Shown piece by piece: positions 19,544 to 28,767 of a stretch of 64,000 nucleotides of DNA (position 1 is the first letter of the stretch; each line of letters begins with the position of its first letter). Position numbers and translations under genes: made by a program. The DNA comes from Methanomicrobiales archaeon (lineage in GTDB: Archaea > Halobacteriota > Methanomicrobia > Methanomicrobiales > Methanospirillaceae). The stretch is from assembly GCA_037137755.1 (NCBI GenBank), contig JBAXJR010000008.1:1-64000 (forward strand). The letters are read 5' to 3'. The notes beneath the pieces were generated by a model, which searched no databases, was not told the origin of the DNA, and saw nothing but the letters and a program-made list of their open reading frames with translations.

Positions 19544-20647
19544 CTATTGCACCGTGAACGCGCCATTAATTTTTTCAAATTGCCCATCGTTGTTTGTGAC
19601 AGTTAGATCCCATAAACCCGTCGGGGCACCTGAAGGGATTGTTATCGTGCCATCAATGGTTGTCGACGTTACATGTGTTACCGTTACCGGAATGACCGAA
19701 GCGCCTTTGGTTAGTTTTACTGCAACACCACTCCGGAAACCTTGCCCGGTTACCCCGACATCCATTGTTGACCCTCGCCCACCACTAAATGGTGGTCCGA
19801 AGGATCCGATCCCCGGTGCACTAGGGTACTTTACCCAGAATAGCAATGGTTTCGTGCCTGTTCCACCGTCAGGGTTCGTTACGGTGACATCCCACTTGCC
19901 TACCCCGGCACCCGCAAGGTTGAGGGTCCCGGTCATCCTGGTTGGTGTGGTGACACCTGTCACCGTCAAATTAATATTCGTGGAGCCGGTCCTGTTGAGG
20001 ACCGCCGTAGAATGCGGCAAAAAATTGAGACCTGACAGATCCGTAACCGTGACCGTGGAACCGGTAATACCTTCAGCCGGAACAATCCCGTTAACGACCG
20101 GTGCGGGACCCCCCTCCGCGAAGGCGATATACGTCACGATGACCTGGTACCGATGGCCCCCTTTCAATACAGGGTCACTAATGGCAACGGGTTGACGGAT
20201 TGTAAGGTGAATCTTTTCAGAATTAACTGCCGCAAGCCCGGACTCAATGAGCTGGTTGGAACCGCTTAGCACTACTGATGCCCCGGTATATTTTGAGAGA
20301 GAAGACGGCCCCGTAATATTCACTGCTGCCCCAAGGACATTAGTCCCGGTATATGCACCACCAGCGTCAGACTCCGCCATTCTTCCCACCGTGCCGGAAG
20401 TTTTTGCGAAATCCATAGCATCCTTGACTGAAACTGTCCACGTGGAAGAGATGGATGAGACGTTTAGAATAATGGAAGTCGAATTGATATTGGTTGTTCC
20501 CGGCGTAAATATCCAGTTGGAAATACCGGGCCCCTCAACCGAGATATCAATATCCGCTGCAATTACAGGTATTGTGGACAACAGTACAACTAGTAGTGCA
20601 CAAATAACTACTATTTTCACCTGGGACTTGTGAAAATGGTTTCTCAT
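19544..20647 (-). CDS. Secreted protein with a pilin/WxL-like N-terminal domain and two IPT/TIG-like Ig domains
   Basis: N-domain aligns with the 20900-21472 product (WTV-x-V-x-D, VG-K/R-MA, GASV-x-L, SDPVL, Y-x-(I/V)IVT); two repeats ending WDVTVTNPDG and WDLTVTNNDG. Confidence 0.7.
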   Translation of the reverse strand: MRNHFHKSQVKIVVICALLVVLLSTIPVIAADIDISVEGPGISNWIFTPGTTNINSTSIILNVSSISSTWTVSVKDAMDFAKTSGTVGRMAESDAGGAYTGTNVLGAAVNITGPSSLSKYTGASVVLSGSNQLIESGLAAVNSEKIHLTIRQPVAISDPVLKGGHRYQVIVTYIAFAEGGPAPVVNGIVPAEGITGSTVTVTDLSGLNFLPHSTAVLNRTGSTNINLTVTGVTTPTRMTGTLNLAGAGVGKWDVTVTNPDGGTGTKPLLFWVKYPSAPGIGSFGPPFSGGRGSTMDVGVTGQGFRSGVAVKLTKGASVIPVTVTHVTSTTIDGTITIPSGAPTGLWDLTVTNNDGQFEKINGAFTVQ

Positions 20648-20899
20648 TCCAGTTACCACTTGTAGAAAACTGGACATAGATGTAATAAAAATGTATTTGT
20701 CCCTTTTCGATGATTGGTGGGTAATGTTATCGTAGCAGCATCGAATTCTATATTCGCATCTGAATCCTTCGCCATCTAAACTGTTAGTAATAAGGGGCAC
20801 TTTCGGCATTTTTCAAGGATAAAGTTTATCGACTAGAGGCTTTTTATTTTTAGGATTGGAATTCAATAAAAAATAGGTATAGTATCACAATCGGCCAGA

Positions 20900-21472
20900 C
20901 TAAGATAGTCCTCCCGTGAATGTAACAATTATCCGGTATACATTGGGAGCGGTCAACACGGGATCGCTAGAGAGAATTTGCTGGGTATTCGTTATATGAA
21001 TCCCATTAAAGGTGCCGGCCCCAGATGCGTCGCTATTTCCTGTTTCAATCGTTTGTCCTCCACCATTCAAATTTACCGATGCCCCCGTGGCATGACTGGT
21101 TACACTTGCGGCTCCGACATTCAACGCAGTTGCCAAGTAACCGCTGTCTCCCCAAGTAACAGTAGTCCAATTCGCCATTTTCCCCACACTAGCTGGAAGT
21201 TTTCCACCATCAAGTTCGTCACTTACCTTGACAGTCCACCCTGGTTGATTAGATAGAACATCAAGGGTAACATTAGTCGAATCGACATTCGAATTGAGCA
21301 CTAATGGCCAGTCAGTAATGCTACCCGTCACTACTATAGCTATTGTTGCACCCGGATTTCCGGTGATTGTAGTAGATCCTGTGTTAGCCGCCGTCACAGG
21401 TCCAACCATAGCGACTACAACTATGACTAAAACACCTAATATAAGAAGTAATTTCGTTTTCATTTTTCCCAT
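20900..21472 (-). CDS. Small secreted beta-rich protein; putative major pilin/WxL-like subunit
   Basis: Sec signal peptide ending PVTA; Thr/Gly/Val/Asn-rich mature domain of about 162 aa with GWTVKVSD and terminal YRIIVTFTG strand; start at 21472 or 21463. Confidence 0.7.
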   Translation of the reverse strand: MGKMKTKLLLILGVLVIVVVAMVGPVTAANTGSTTITGNPGATIAIVVTGSITDWPLVLNSNVDSTNVTLDVLSNQPGWTVKVSDELDGGKLPASVGKMANWTTVTWGDSGYLATALNVGAASVTSHATGASVNLNGGGQTIETGNSDASGAGTFNGIHITNTQQILSSDPVLTAPNVYRIIVTFTGGLS

Positions 21473-22083
21473 CCGCCACCCATATATAAATAGGTAACAG
21501 TCCCTATTGCAATCAAGGTATATAATACTAATTATCAAGCAAATGTTCCAGACAAGCGGACTTTTATTATATGCCCGATAACTTCCGATGAGCGCGTGGA
21601 TCAGGTCATTCACACAATTTGGACTTTACAAGCCCTATTATGACTTAAAATTGAACTGCAAATTTCTAAAAAATCTTCGGACAATCGAATCTTTATTGGC
21701 AGTTATCTGCTGAGCTAATTTCTGTCCCTTCAACAACAACAAAAACTATACTTTCCAAAGATGTAGATCATCATCAGACCTTTTCAAGCATAAATCCGCC
21801 ATAAATAAGTCATATTTAAATATAGTGGGATAAATCATTAATTTCCTTTTTTTATTTGACGCATAGTCGCCAATAAAAGCATAGTAATTAATTTCTGCGC
21901 GTTGACCTAAAAACCTTTTGAGAGCTACATTCAACGATTTATACTTAAAACAGGGATAATTTAGATTATCAACACCCAATAGTGTGCGAGCCTGCTGGTC
22001 CTGATCGACCAAAGACAGATTCTCATACCCAAGCATGTGCTAATATGCCCATTATAGTTCTCATTTTAAAATCAGAAACTTTT

Positions 22084-22323
22084 TCACCGGTACCCTTTTG
22101 CAAGACTAAGCGCTTCCTGGATTTCGATATCTTTTTCCACGAGGTAAATGATATGGCGTTTTGTCCTCTCGATACCCCTCGTAGGGTTCAGGTGTTCCCG
22201 GATAGCCTCCCTGACAAATGCGCTGATATCTTCATACTCCCCGCTTTCAACGAGACTCTGGATCTTCTGCTTCAGTTCTTCACCAACCCTTACACGGATG
22301 GTATCATTCGGGGATTCAACCAA
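22084..22323 (-). CDS. Ribbon-helix-helix (CopG/Arc/MetJ) DNA-binding protein
   Basis: TIRVRVGEELKQKIQSLVESGEYEDISAFVREAIRE pattern; TTG start behind GGAGTGA. Confidence 0.8.
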   Translation of the reverse strand: MVESPNDTIRVRVGEELKQKIQSLVESGEYEDISAFVREAIREHLNPTRGIERTKRHIIYLVEKDIEIQEALSLAKGYR

Positions 22324-22373
22324 CGCCTACATCACTCCTACATTGTGTTCCATCTCATCCTATATATTACTAT

Positions 22374-22424
22374 GTTGTAGCACAACTTACTACAAAAGAG
22401 TAAGGTATCTCATTAGTTGTAGCA
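22374..22424. promoter_or_regulatory. Candidate operator upstream of the RHH gene
   Basis: Inverted repeat TTGTAG-N9-CTACAA (22375-22395) and direct repeat GTTGTAGCA (22374 and 22416) next to the TATA-like region. Confidence 0.45.
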
Positions 22425-22510
22425 AAAAATCAGGTTCACACCATCCGGGTGATCCAGGAAAGGGAATATAACAAGACTGTTTGAAAATCCAATAAACGAC
22501 TGAAAAATGG

Positions 22511-23299
22511 TTACTTTGGCTCGCCAACGGGCCGAATAACAAATTTGCAGTGGTCATCACCCATCGCATAACAACGGAGTTCTGTCGCCATGTGATCTGC
22601 CTTGAAATGCCCGGAAAAAACAGCTTCAAGAATGCCAGCGTCAAATGCACATGCCGGACGGCCCAGCAGGGGCAGGTCGTCGCACTCAAAACAATCATAC
22701 ACGATGAGCGTAATGGGAGAATTGTTTTCCACGACGATCTGGCCCAGGTTGTGCTCTTTCCAGAACTTCACCGTTTTATCGAGCAGTACAGAAAGGTCGG
22801 GGCTTGCGATGGCGGCATATAACCCCTGCCCCATGCGGAACCCGGCTTCCCTGAGGATCGGGTCGATATTGATCCCCTTGGACATCAGGGAGACCCTGAT
22901 CGTCCGGAACATCATCTTATAAAAGATGGAGGGATCACCGCCCTGGAGGAATGCGGCGACCATCTGGTCCGATTCATCATCGTTACATTCTGTTTCCGGC
23001 GATATTTCCCCGAGAAACCGGGACCGGATGTAAAAAATCTTCCTCCTTGAGTCCGCGAGGTCTGGTTTCTCACCAATAATCCCCTCCTTCAATAAAGACC
23101 TCAGGTGTGCAGAGACCGTCGACTTGGCTTTTTGTGTCAACCCGACGATCTCCTGGAACGATAACTCCCTGCCCCGGAGTACTGCGAGGATCTTTACACG
23201 GACAGGCGACCCAACTGTCCGGATACCATCTTCAGTAGCGAACAGTCCGATAGTCGGGGGTGATCCCGTTCGCGCAGAAATCTCCACTTCAGCCTTCAT
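22511..23299 (-). CDS. ArsR-type HTH plus V4R-domain transcriptional regulator
   Basis: N-terminal HTH (KAKSTVSAHL); V4R motifs CFEC, PACAFDAG and ELRCYAMGDDHC. Confidence 0.88.
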   Translation of the reverse strand: MKAEVEISARTGSPPTIGLFATEDGIRTVGSPVRVKILAVLRGRELSFQEIVGLTQKAKSTVSAHLRSLLKEGIIGEKPDLADSRRKIFYIRSRFLGEISPETECNDDESDQMVAAFLQGGDPSIFYKMMFRTIRVSLMSKGINIDPILREAGFRMGQGLYAAIASPDLSVLLDKTVKFWKEHNLGQIVVENNSPITLIVYDCFECDDLPLLGRPACAFDAGILEAVFSGHFKADHMATELRCYAMGDDHCKFVIRPVGEPK

Positions 23300-23456
23300 T
23301 CAGAGCCTCTAACGATAATTCTTCTTATTAAGATATCAGATGGTTACTACTAAAGCATTCGGCAGGTAATGAGAGAACATATATTATAGTGATAATAACC
23401 ACTATCATTGTAAGCCAATAAAACATTATACTAGTTGGTTATGCAGGTGACAAGTA

Positions 23457-24767
23457 TTGATCCAGATGGAAGATGAAGTCGCTCGTATACGGGATATCCT
23501 GAAGGAGCACCCAAAAGGGATGACAATCGAAGAGATCTCCCGCCTTTTACCGTTAAATCGGACCTCAACAGCTAAATACTTAAATACCCTCCTTATATCA
23601 GGGCAGGCTGATATGAGAACATATGGCCGGGCCAAAGTATTCTCACTAATCCAGAGAGTCCCGTTATCCAACCTGATGAGCCTGTCATCAGAACTTATCC
23701 TGATCCTGGACCGGGAACATACCATTAGCTATATGAACAGCCAGTTTTTACAGGTCTTTCACCTGACAAAACCGGAGATCGCCGGAAAAAAGATTGAACA
23801 TACACCCCTCTCATACTACCTCCCTCCCCAGTTCCTTGACATGATTGGAGGTGCATTTGAAGGGAAAGAGAGTGTTGGAGAGCAACATATCAAGATCCGG
23901 GACCTGGACTATTATTTCATTTCCAAACTGGTCCCCATGGTCTTTGACAACGGAAATGGCGGTCTTGCGATAATCCTTGAAGATATTACTCAGTTAAAAG
24001 AATATCAGCTGCACCTTGAAAACATTGTAGAAGAACGCACACGGGAGATTATAAAAACAAATGAAAACCTCGAGCAGGAGATCGCCGACCACGAGGTCGC
24101 TAGGAAAGCCCTGGGTGTCGTAAACAACAAGCTCAACCTCCTGGCCAGCGTCACCCGGCACGACATCCTCAACCAGATCACAGCAATATCGGGATACCTT
24201 CAGCTCCTTGACAATGAATGTCCCACCAATCCAAAGGTGCCCCCTTATATCCAGGGCATCGAAAAGGCCATCAGCACAATTCAGCGGCAGATCACATTTA
24301 CCCGGGACTACAAAGACCTCGGATTGAAATCACCGGAATGGCAGCGCGTAGAGGACGTAATCCAGCGGGCCGCTTTGCTACACCCGCTCCCGCGTGTCAA
24401 TCTTCTTGTAGAAACCGGGAAGATCGAGATTTTAGCAGATCCGTTCCTTGAAAAGGTTTTTATCAATATCTTCGATTACTCGTTACACCATGGAGAGAAC
24501 GTAACCGGGATCACGGTCACCTTCCATGAACAGGGGGAGAACGGGGTCATCCTGATTACTGATAACGGCATGGGAATCCCGGTATCAGGAAAAGAAAGTA
24601 TATTCGAATATTCAGGTAAAGAAGCAGGTTTTAACCTTTTCCTTTCCCGTGAAATCCTCTCGATAACCGGGATTTCAATCAGGGAAAATGGTGAGGAAGG
24701 AAAAGGCTCAAGGTTTGAGATCCTGGTACCGGGTAGCATCTGGCGCACGGGAAACAATTCTGAATAA
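23457..24767 (+). CDS. HTH-PAS-histidine kinase-like protein with a degenerate ATPase domain
   Basis: N-terminal HTH (LNRTSTAKYL), PAS, H-box TRHDILN, and HATPase with altered N and G2 boxes. Confidence 0.85.
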   Translation: MIQMEDEVARIRDILKEHPKGMTIEEISRLLPLNRTSTAKYLNTLLISGQADMRTYGRAKVFSLIQRVPLSNLMSLSSELILILDREHTISYMNSQFLQVFHLTKPEIAGKKIEHTPLSYYLPPQFLDMIGGAFEGKESVGEQHIKIRDLDYYFISKLVPMVFDNGNGGLAIILEDITQLKEYQLHLENIVEERTREIIKTNENLEQEIADHEVARKALGVVNNKLNLLASVTRHDILNQITAISGYLQLLDNECPTNPKVPPYIQGIEKAISTIQRQITFTRDYKDLGLKSPEWQRVEDVIQRAALLHPLPRVNLLVETGKIEILADPFLEKVFINIFDYSLHHGENVTGITVTFHEQGENGVILITDNGMGIPVSGKESIFEYSGKEAGFNLFLSREILSITGISIRENGEEGKGSRFEILVPGSIWRTGNNSE

Positions 24768-24792
24768 TTACCACGCTGCAATACGTTTGTCG

Positions 24793-24814
24793 AATCTTTT
24801 TAAAAAAAAAGATT
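24793..24814. terminator. Bidirectional T/A-tract terminator between convergent genes
   Basis: Near-palindrome AATCTTTTTAAAAAAAAAGATT. Confidence 0.45.
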
Positions 24815-24831
24815 TCCCAGGTGATCCTACC

Positions 24832-25389
24832 TTACTTTTTTACAATATCCACCATCTGGATTGTGAATACAAGGTCCTGGCCTGCAAGAGGATGGTTCAT
24901 ATCAACCGTTACCGTGGTTTCATTTGAAGCAATAATCGGGAATCGCCCGACGCTTCCATCAGGGAGGGTTACAGTGATATACGTAATTTTCCCTGGTTTG
25001 GGCTGGTAGTCTGCAAGTGCTCCGGTTTTATCAGTAGTGATAATAAGTTCCTGCCGCTTGAGGCCGTATGCCTGGTCTGCCGGGACCTTTACAGTCTTAT
25101 TCTGCCCGACGCTCATCCCGATCACGGCGTTATCAAAACCTTGAATGACCCTTCCTGATCCAGCCACAAATTCTATCGGAGTCCCATTCAGCGAGGACTC
25201 GAACTGTGTTCCGTCTGAGGCCAGAGATGCTGTATAATGGACCTTCACGGTATCATTTGGCGCTACGACTACTGGCTTCTGCGAGGTGCACCCTGCCATA
25301 AGAAGGGCTGCAAATAGGAAAATAATTGTCATCCCGAGAAAAAAACGGCCGTATTGGCCTTTTCTCCCGTTCCTGCTGTTGCCTGACAT
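24832..25389 (-). CDS. FKBP-type peptidyl-prolyl isomerase (SlyD-like) with a lipoprotein-like signal
   Basis: VKVHYT, VIQGFDNA, AYG and DMNHPLAGQDL motifs; LMAGC lipobox. Confidence 0.88.
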   Translation of the reverse strand: MSGNSRNGRKGQYGRFFLGMTIIFLFAALLMAGCTSQKPVVVAPNDTVKVHYTASLASDGTQFESSLNGTPIEFVAGSGRVIQGFDNAVIGMSVGQNKTVKVPADQAYGLKRQELIITTDKTGALADYQPKPGKITYITVTLPDGSVGRFPIIASNETTVTVDMNHPLAGQDLVFTIQMVDIVKK

Positions 25390-25631
25390 AGTACTACATT
25401 GTATTGATCGGATAAGAGATCTGTGCTCCACGATTCATACATTCCTTATGATCCAACAAAAGACCAGACTTTGGACCCGTGGAGAAATGCAGGTTAGGCA
25501 GAAAATCGAGTGAAGGAAAACAAACACTAGGGGAATTTGCACCGGAATGTTGTCGAAGTACCCCATACACCGGGCTAGGGTCACGTCTCGAATTTTATAT
25601 AGCCGGAGGAAGAACTATACTACTGTTTATC

Positions 25632-26531
25632 ATGGCCGAAGAAGGGTACCGGGAATCGGTAGTACAGGGAAAGAAGGTCCAGTGGGACCCTGAACAGCTC
25701 CGTAAAATACAGGAACACCCGTGCTTTTCCGAGAAGGCATGCCACGGATTTGGACGCTGCCATGTACCGGTCGCTCCGAAATGCAATATCCAGTGCAACT
25801 ACTGTATCAGGGACTTTGATTGTGTCAATGAAAGCAGGCCGGGGGTAACAACGAAAGTCCTGGACTCGGGCGAAGCAATGGACCTTGTAAAAAAGGTAGT
25901 CGAGAAATATAATTACATCAAGGTTGTCGGCATAGCGGGACCTGGTGAACCGCTTGCAAACGAGGAGACCTTTGAGACGCTCCGCAAGCTCCATGCTGAA
26001 TTTCCGAATGTTATCAAATGTATCTCGACAAACGGGCTCCTTCTTCCCGAAAAAATAGATCTGCTCCAGAAATATGACGTGGGAAATATTACTGTCACCC
26101 TGAATGCAATTGATCCTGAGATCGGGGCAAAGATCTACCAGTTTATCGAATGGAAAGGCAAGCGCTATACCGGTATCGAAGGTGCGAAAATTCTCCTCGA
26201 AAACCAGTTGAAAGGAATTGAAGAGGCTGTGAAGAGGAAAATGATCGTAAAAATCAATACAGTCTATATCCCGGGGATTAATGATACCCATATTGTCGAT
26301 ATCGCAAAGAAGGTCGGTGAAATGGGGGTTTACAATTTCAATGTAATCCCACTCATTGCCCAGTATAAATTTGCCGATATCGCTCCGCCGACCCCTGAAA
26401 TGAAAAAGAAAATGCAGGACTCCTGTGCACCGTATGTGCGCCAGATGAGGCACTGTCAGCGTTGCAGGGCAGACGCCATCGGAAAGCTCGGGCACGATGT
26501 ACAGAGTTGCATGTACACCGAACCGAAGTAA
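25632..26531 (+). CDS. nifB: NifB-type radical SAM protein (short methanogen form without NifX domain)
   Basis: HPCF, CNIQCNYC, ESRPG, GIAGPGEPL and C-terminal CQRCRAD motifs. Confidence 0.9.
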   Translation: MAEEGYRESVVQGKKVQWDPEQLRKIQEHPCFSEKACHGFGRCHVPVAPKCNIQCNYCIRDFDCVNESRPGVTTKVLDSGEAMDLVKKVVEKYNYIKVVGIAGPGEPLANEETFETLRKLHAEFPNVIKCISTNGLLLPEKIDLLQKYDVGNITVTLNAIDPEIGAKIYQFIEWKGKRYTGIEGAKILLENQLKGIEEAVKRKMIVKINTVYIPGINDTHIVDIAKKVGEMGVYNFNVIPLIAQYKFADIAPPTPEMKKKMQDSCAPYVRQMRHCQRCRADAIGKLGHDVQSCMYTEPK

Positions 26532-26631
26532 AAACCTTTATCCCTGCTTTTTTTGAGATTCTGTCTTTTTAAGAAGATTTCTGATTAATCAAGGCGCTTG
26601 TGGGCAAACTTGCATTATCCGGGTAATGTAA

Positions 26632-27570
26632 TCATTCGCTCCGGCAACCAGGGCATTCACCCGGTAACGTGTCCTTTTCAAACATGTCGATTAATGCCCG
26701 CGAGAGGCTTAAGGGCCCTGGAAGCCCGGGAAGTTCACCTCTTTTAAACCATCCTGCATCCACTATCTCGGTTTTATCCGGCTTAATCGCCCCACCTGCA
26801 TAGGATGCCACAAATCCGATCATCAGCGAGTCAGGGAAGGGCCATGGCTGGCTTCCGATATACTGGAGATTACCTATCGATATCCCGGTCTCTTCCATTA
26901 CCTCGCGGTGAACAGCATGTTCAATTGTCTCACCGGGCTCCACGAAACCGGCAACCACGCTATACATTCCGGGTGGAAAATGTGGTGAACGGGCAAGAAG
27001 GACTTCGTCGCCCCGCCGGACCAGCACGATAATTGCAGGGGATAATCGGGGATAGGTAATCTGACCACATTCAGGGCATTGTTTGGCTAGTTCCGACTTC
27101 ATCATCTGGTTACCTGCACCACAACCACCACAGAACTTTGTTGTCCGGTCAAACAACAGGAGATGAGATGCCCGTGCCGCAACACCAAGAAATTCATCAC
27201 TGGTCCGACCAAAAAGTCCCCGGATATCAGAGAACCTGAAACCCTTCGGGGGTTCAGCAGAAAGGTCCAGGGCAACCGCATAGCAGGGGACACCCCCTGA
27301 TATGCCGATGAACAGTGTAACCAGGGGGGTCAGCCCGGACAACCGGTGTATGTCCTGGAACAGGATAATTCCATCCGTTTCGGGCACGAGAATTTCATTT
27401 CCACGAAAAATAAACCAGTAGCGGGTTTCGCTACCGGCAGGCGGGGCCGGGTAACGGGTATCCAGTTGCCAGGAGTCAAAAAATGGCACATATCCCGGTA
27501 TGCTGCTTCGGGCAGGGTCCCACTGTCCTGATGGCCGGTGACCGGGGGGTATTGGTGGGCATGATTTCAT
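26632..27570 (-). CDS. nudC: NAD(+)/NADH diphosphatase
   Basis: Zinc ribbon FCGGCG...CPECG, Nudix box GETIEHAVHREVMEETG and SQPWPFPDS signature. Confidence 0.93.
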   Translation of the reverse strand: MKSCPPIPPGHRPSGQWDPARSSIPGYVPFFDSWQLDTRYPAPPAGSETRYWFIFRGNEILVPETDGIILFQDIHRLSGLTPLVTLFIGISGGVPCYAVALDLSAEPPKGFRFSDIRGLFGRTSDEFLGVAARASHLLLFDRTTKFCGGCGAGNQMMKSELAKQCPECGQITYPRLSPAIIVLVRRGDEVLLARSPHFPPGMYSVVAGFVEPGETIEHAVHREVMEETGISIGNLQYIGSQPWPFPDSLMIGFVASYAGGAIKPDKTEIVDAGWFKRGELPGLPGPLSLSRALIDMFEKDTLPGECPGCRSE

Positions 27571-27642
27571 CAGATCACCATACAGTTACAATGTCGATCA
27601 GTACCAGATACATAGTATTCAAGGTTGCCCTACCGGGAAAAA

Positions 27643-28113
27643 TTATGAGCGTATCGAGCTGTTGGCTTTCACCGAAATGAGGTCATTGAGACTATCTACC
27701 ACCGGCTGGAGAGCTAATGGGACACCGGTGTCCTCTGCCTTCACCGTATAATTATGGTAGGTGATCGTGTAGGTGAAATAATCAGCGCCGGGTGACGATG
27801 CAGGATATGAGGCATTCATCCGGGCGAACCCGATAGAGTAAAAAGAGTCCCTCATAGAGTCCAGCGTGTTCTGGTTCACCATAAATACGCCACGCCCACC
27901 CTGCCCTGAATACACCGCTGCACCGTTCTCAAAAATGACGAGGTGGTCATCGAACCCCCCGATGCCACCTGTACGGTAATAATCAACCAGGATTGCCGGA
28001 CCGGGTTCCGGCGTAGTATTCTTCACCGGCTGATCCATGCATCCTGCCATCCATACAAGGGCCACAACAAAAAGGAATGCGGCTGACGTAAACAGGTGGA
28101 CAGATCTTCCCAT
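27643..28113 (-). CDS. Lipoprotein with an emfourin-like (M4 protease inhibitor-like) motif pattern
   Basis: MAGC lipobox; RTGGIGGFD...GADYFTYTITY pattern. Confidence 0.55.
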   Translation of the reverse strand: MGRSVHLFTSAAFLFVVALVWMAGCMDQPVKNTTPEPGPAILVDYYRTGGIGGFDDHLVIFENGAAVYSGQGGRGVFMVNQNTLDSMRDSFYSIGFARMNASYPASSPGADYFTYTITYHNYTVKAEDTGVPLALQPVVDSLNDLISVKANSSIRS

Positions 28114-28215
28114 AATAACAATTATTCTCCCGCAGATTAAGATGCTTTTGTTCACGCCACAGAAGTGGAGGAATCCCGCCGGCAATGCTGCTTCAGGTGC
28201 CTGAGGATTTTCACC

Positions 28216-28542
28216 CTAGATCTCCAGTATCTCACCACTGCTTTTCTTCGCACCCTTTTTTTCAGGCAGGACTGTTTCAACTGCGTTTAGCAGTTGTTCC
28301 AGTTTTTCATTCCCGAAAATCTGCCGGAACGCCAGCAGTTCAACCCTGCTCATCACCATAATCCCCTTTTTCTTCATCGGCCGCCCATTCTCATCAACCG
28401 GGTTTACCTCCATGGCAAGCGATGCAGGTCGGCTCCGTGTTGCGGGAAGCCTGATTATCGATACACCGGGTAATGACGTGTTCTTTCGCTCCCAGTCCTC
28501 ACCAGTGTCAAGGAAGACGCGCAGGTTTTCTGTAATTTCCAT
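28216..28542 (-). CDS. Conserved hypothetical protein
   Basis: Clean ORF behind a GGAGTGA RBS; DWER, EVNPVD and KKKG motifs recalled from a methanogen hypothetical family. Confidence 0.7.
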   Translation of the reverse strand: MEITENLRVFLDTGEDWERKNTSLPGVSIIRLPATRSRPASLAMEVNPVDENGRPMKKKGIMVMSRVELLAFRQIFGNEKLEQLLNAVETVLPEKKGAKKSSGEILEI

Positions 28543-28767
28543 GACATTCACTCCGGTTACCACCATAAAAATTTATGCCACGCGGGGTGAAAGAGGAAGG
28601 CTCATTCCAAATTCACTGTTCAACCAGATCTGGCAGTGGATCAGCCTGTATGGATTATTCCGGCAACATATTTTTTCCGGGCGTAACTAACCGTCAGCTC
28701 ACTTTAACCCCGCATACTCCAGCTTTATTCCCGCTGGACCAAAAAGAGCCGATCCAGAAAAAAAAAG

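Noticed and set aside
20900-21472. Type IV pilin or archaellin identity for the small subunit
   Set aside because: No class III signal peptide (K/R-G/A followed by a hydrophobic helix retained in the mature protein); it has a standard signal peptidase I-type leader.
21746-22036. 96-aa AT-rich ORF next to the RHH gene as a toxin
   Set aside because: No recognisable toxin motif or RBS; may be spurious or a fragment.
15597-22500. Integrated element or provirus at tRNA-Val
   Set aside because: No integrase, no viral genes and no duplicated tRNA 3' end found.
25632-26531. nifB as evidence of a nitrogenase cluster
   Set aside because: No nifHDK nearby; stand-alone NifB homologues are common in methanogens.
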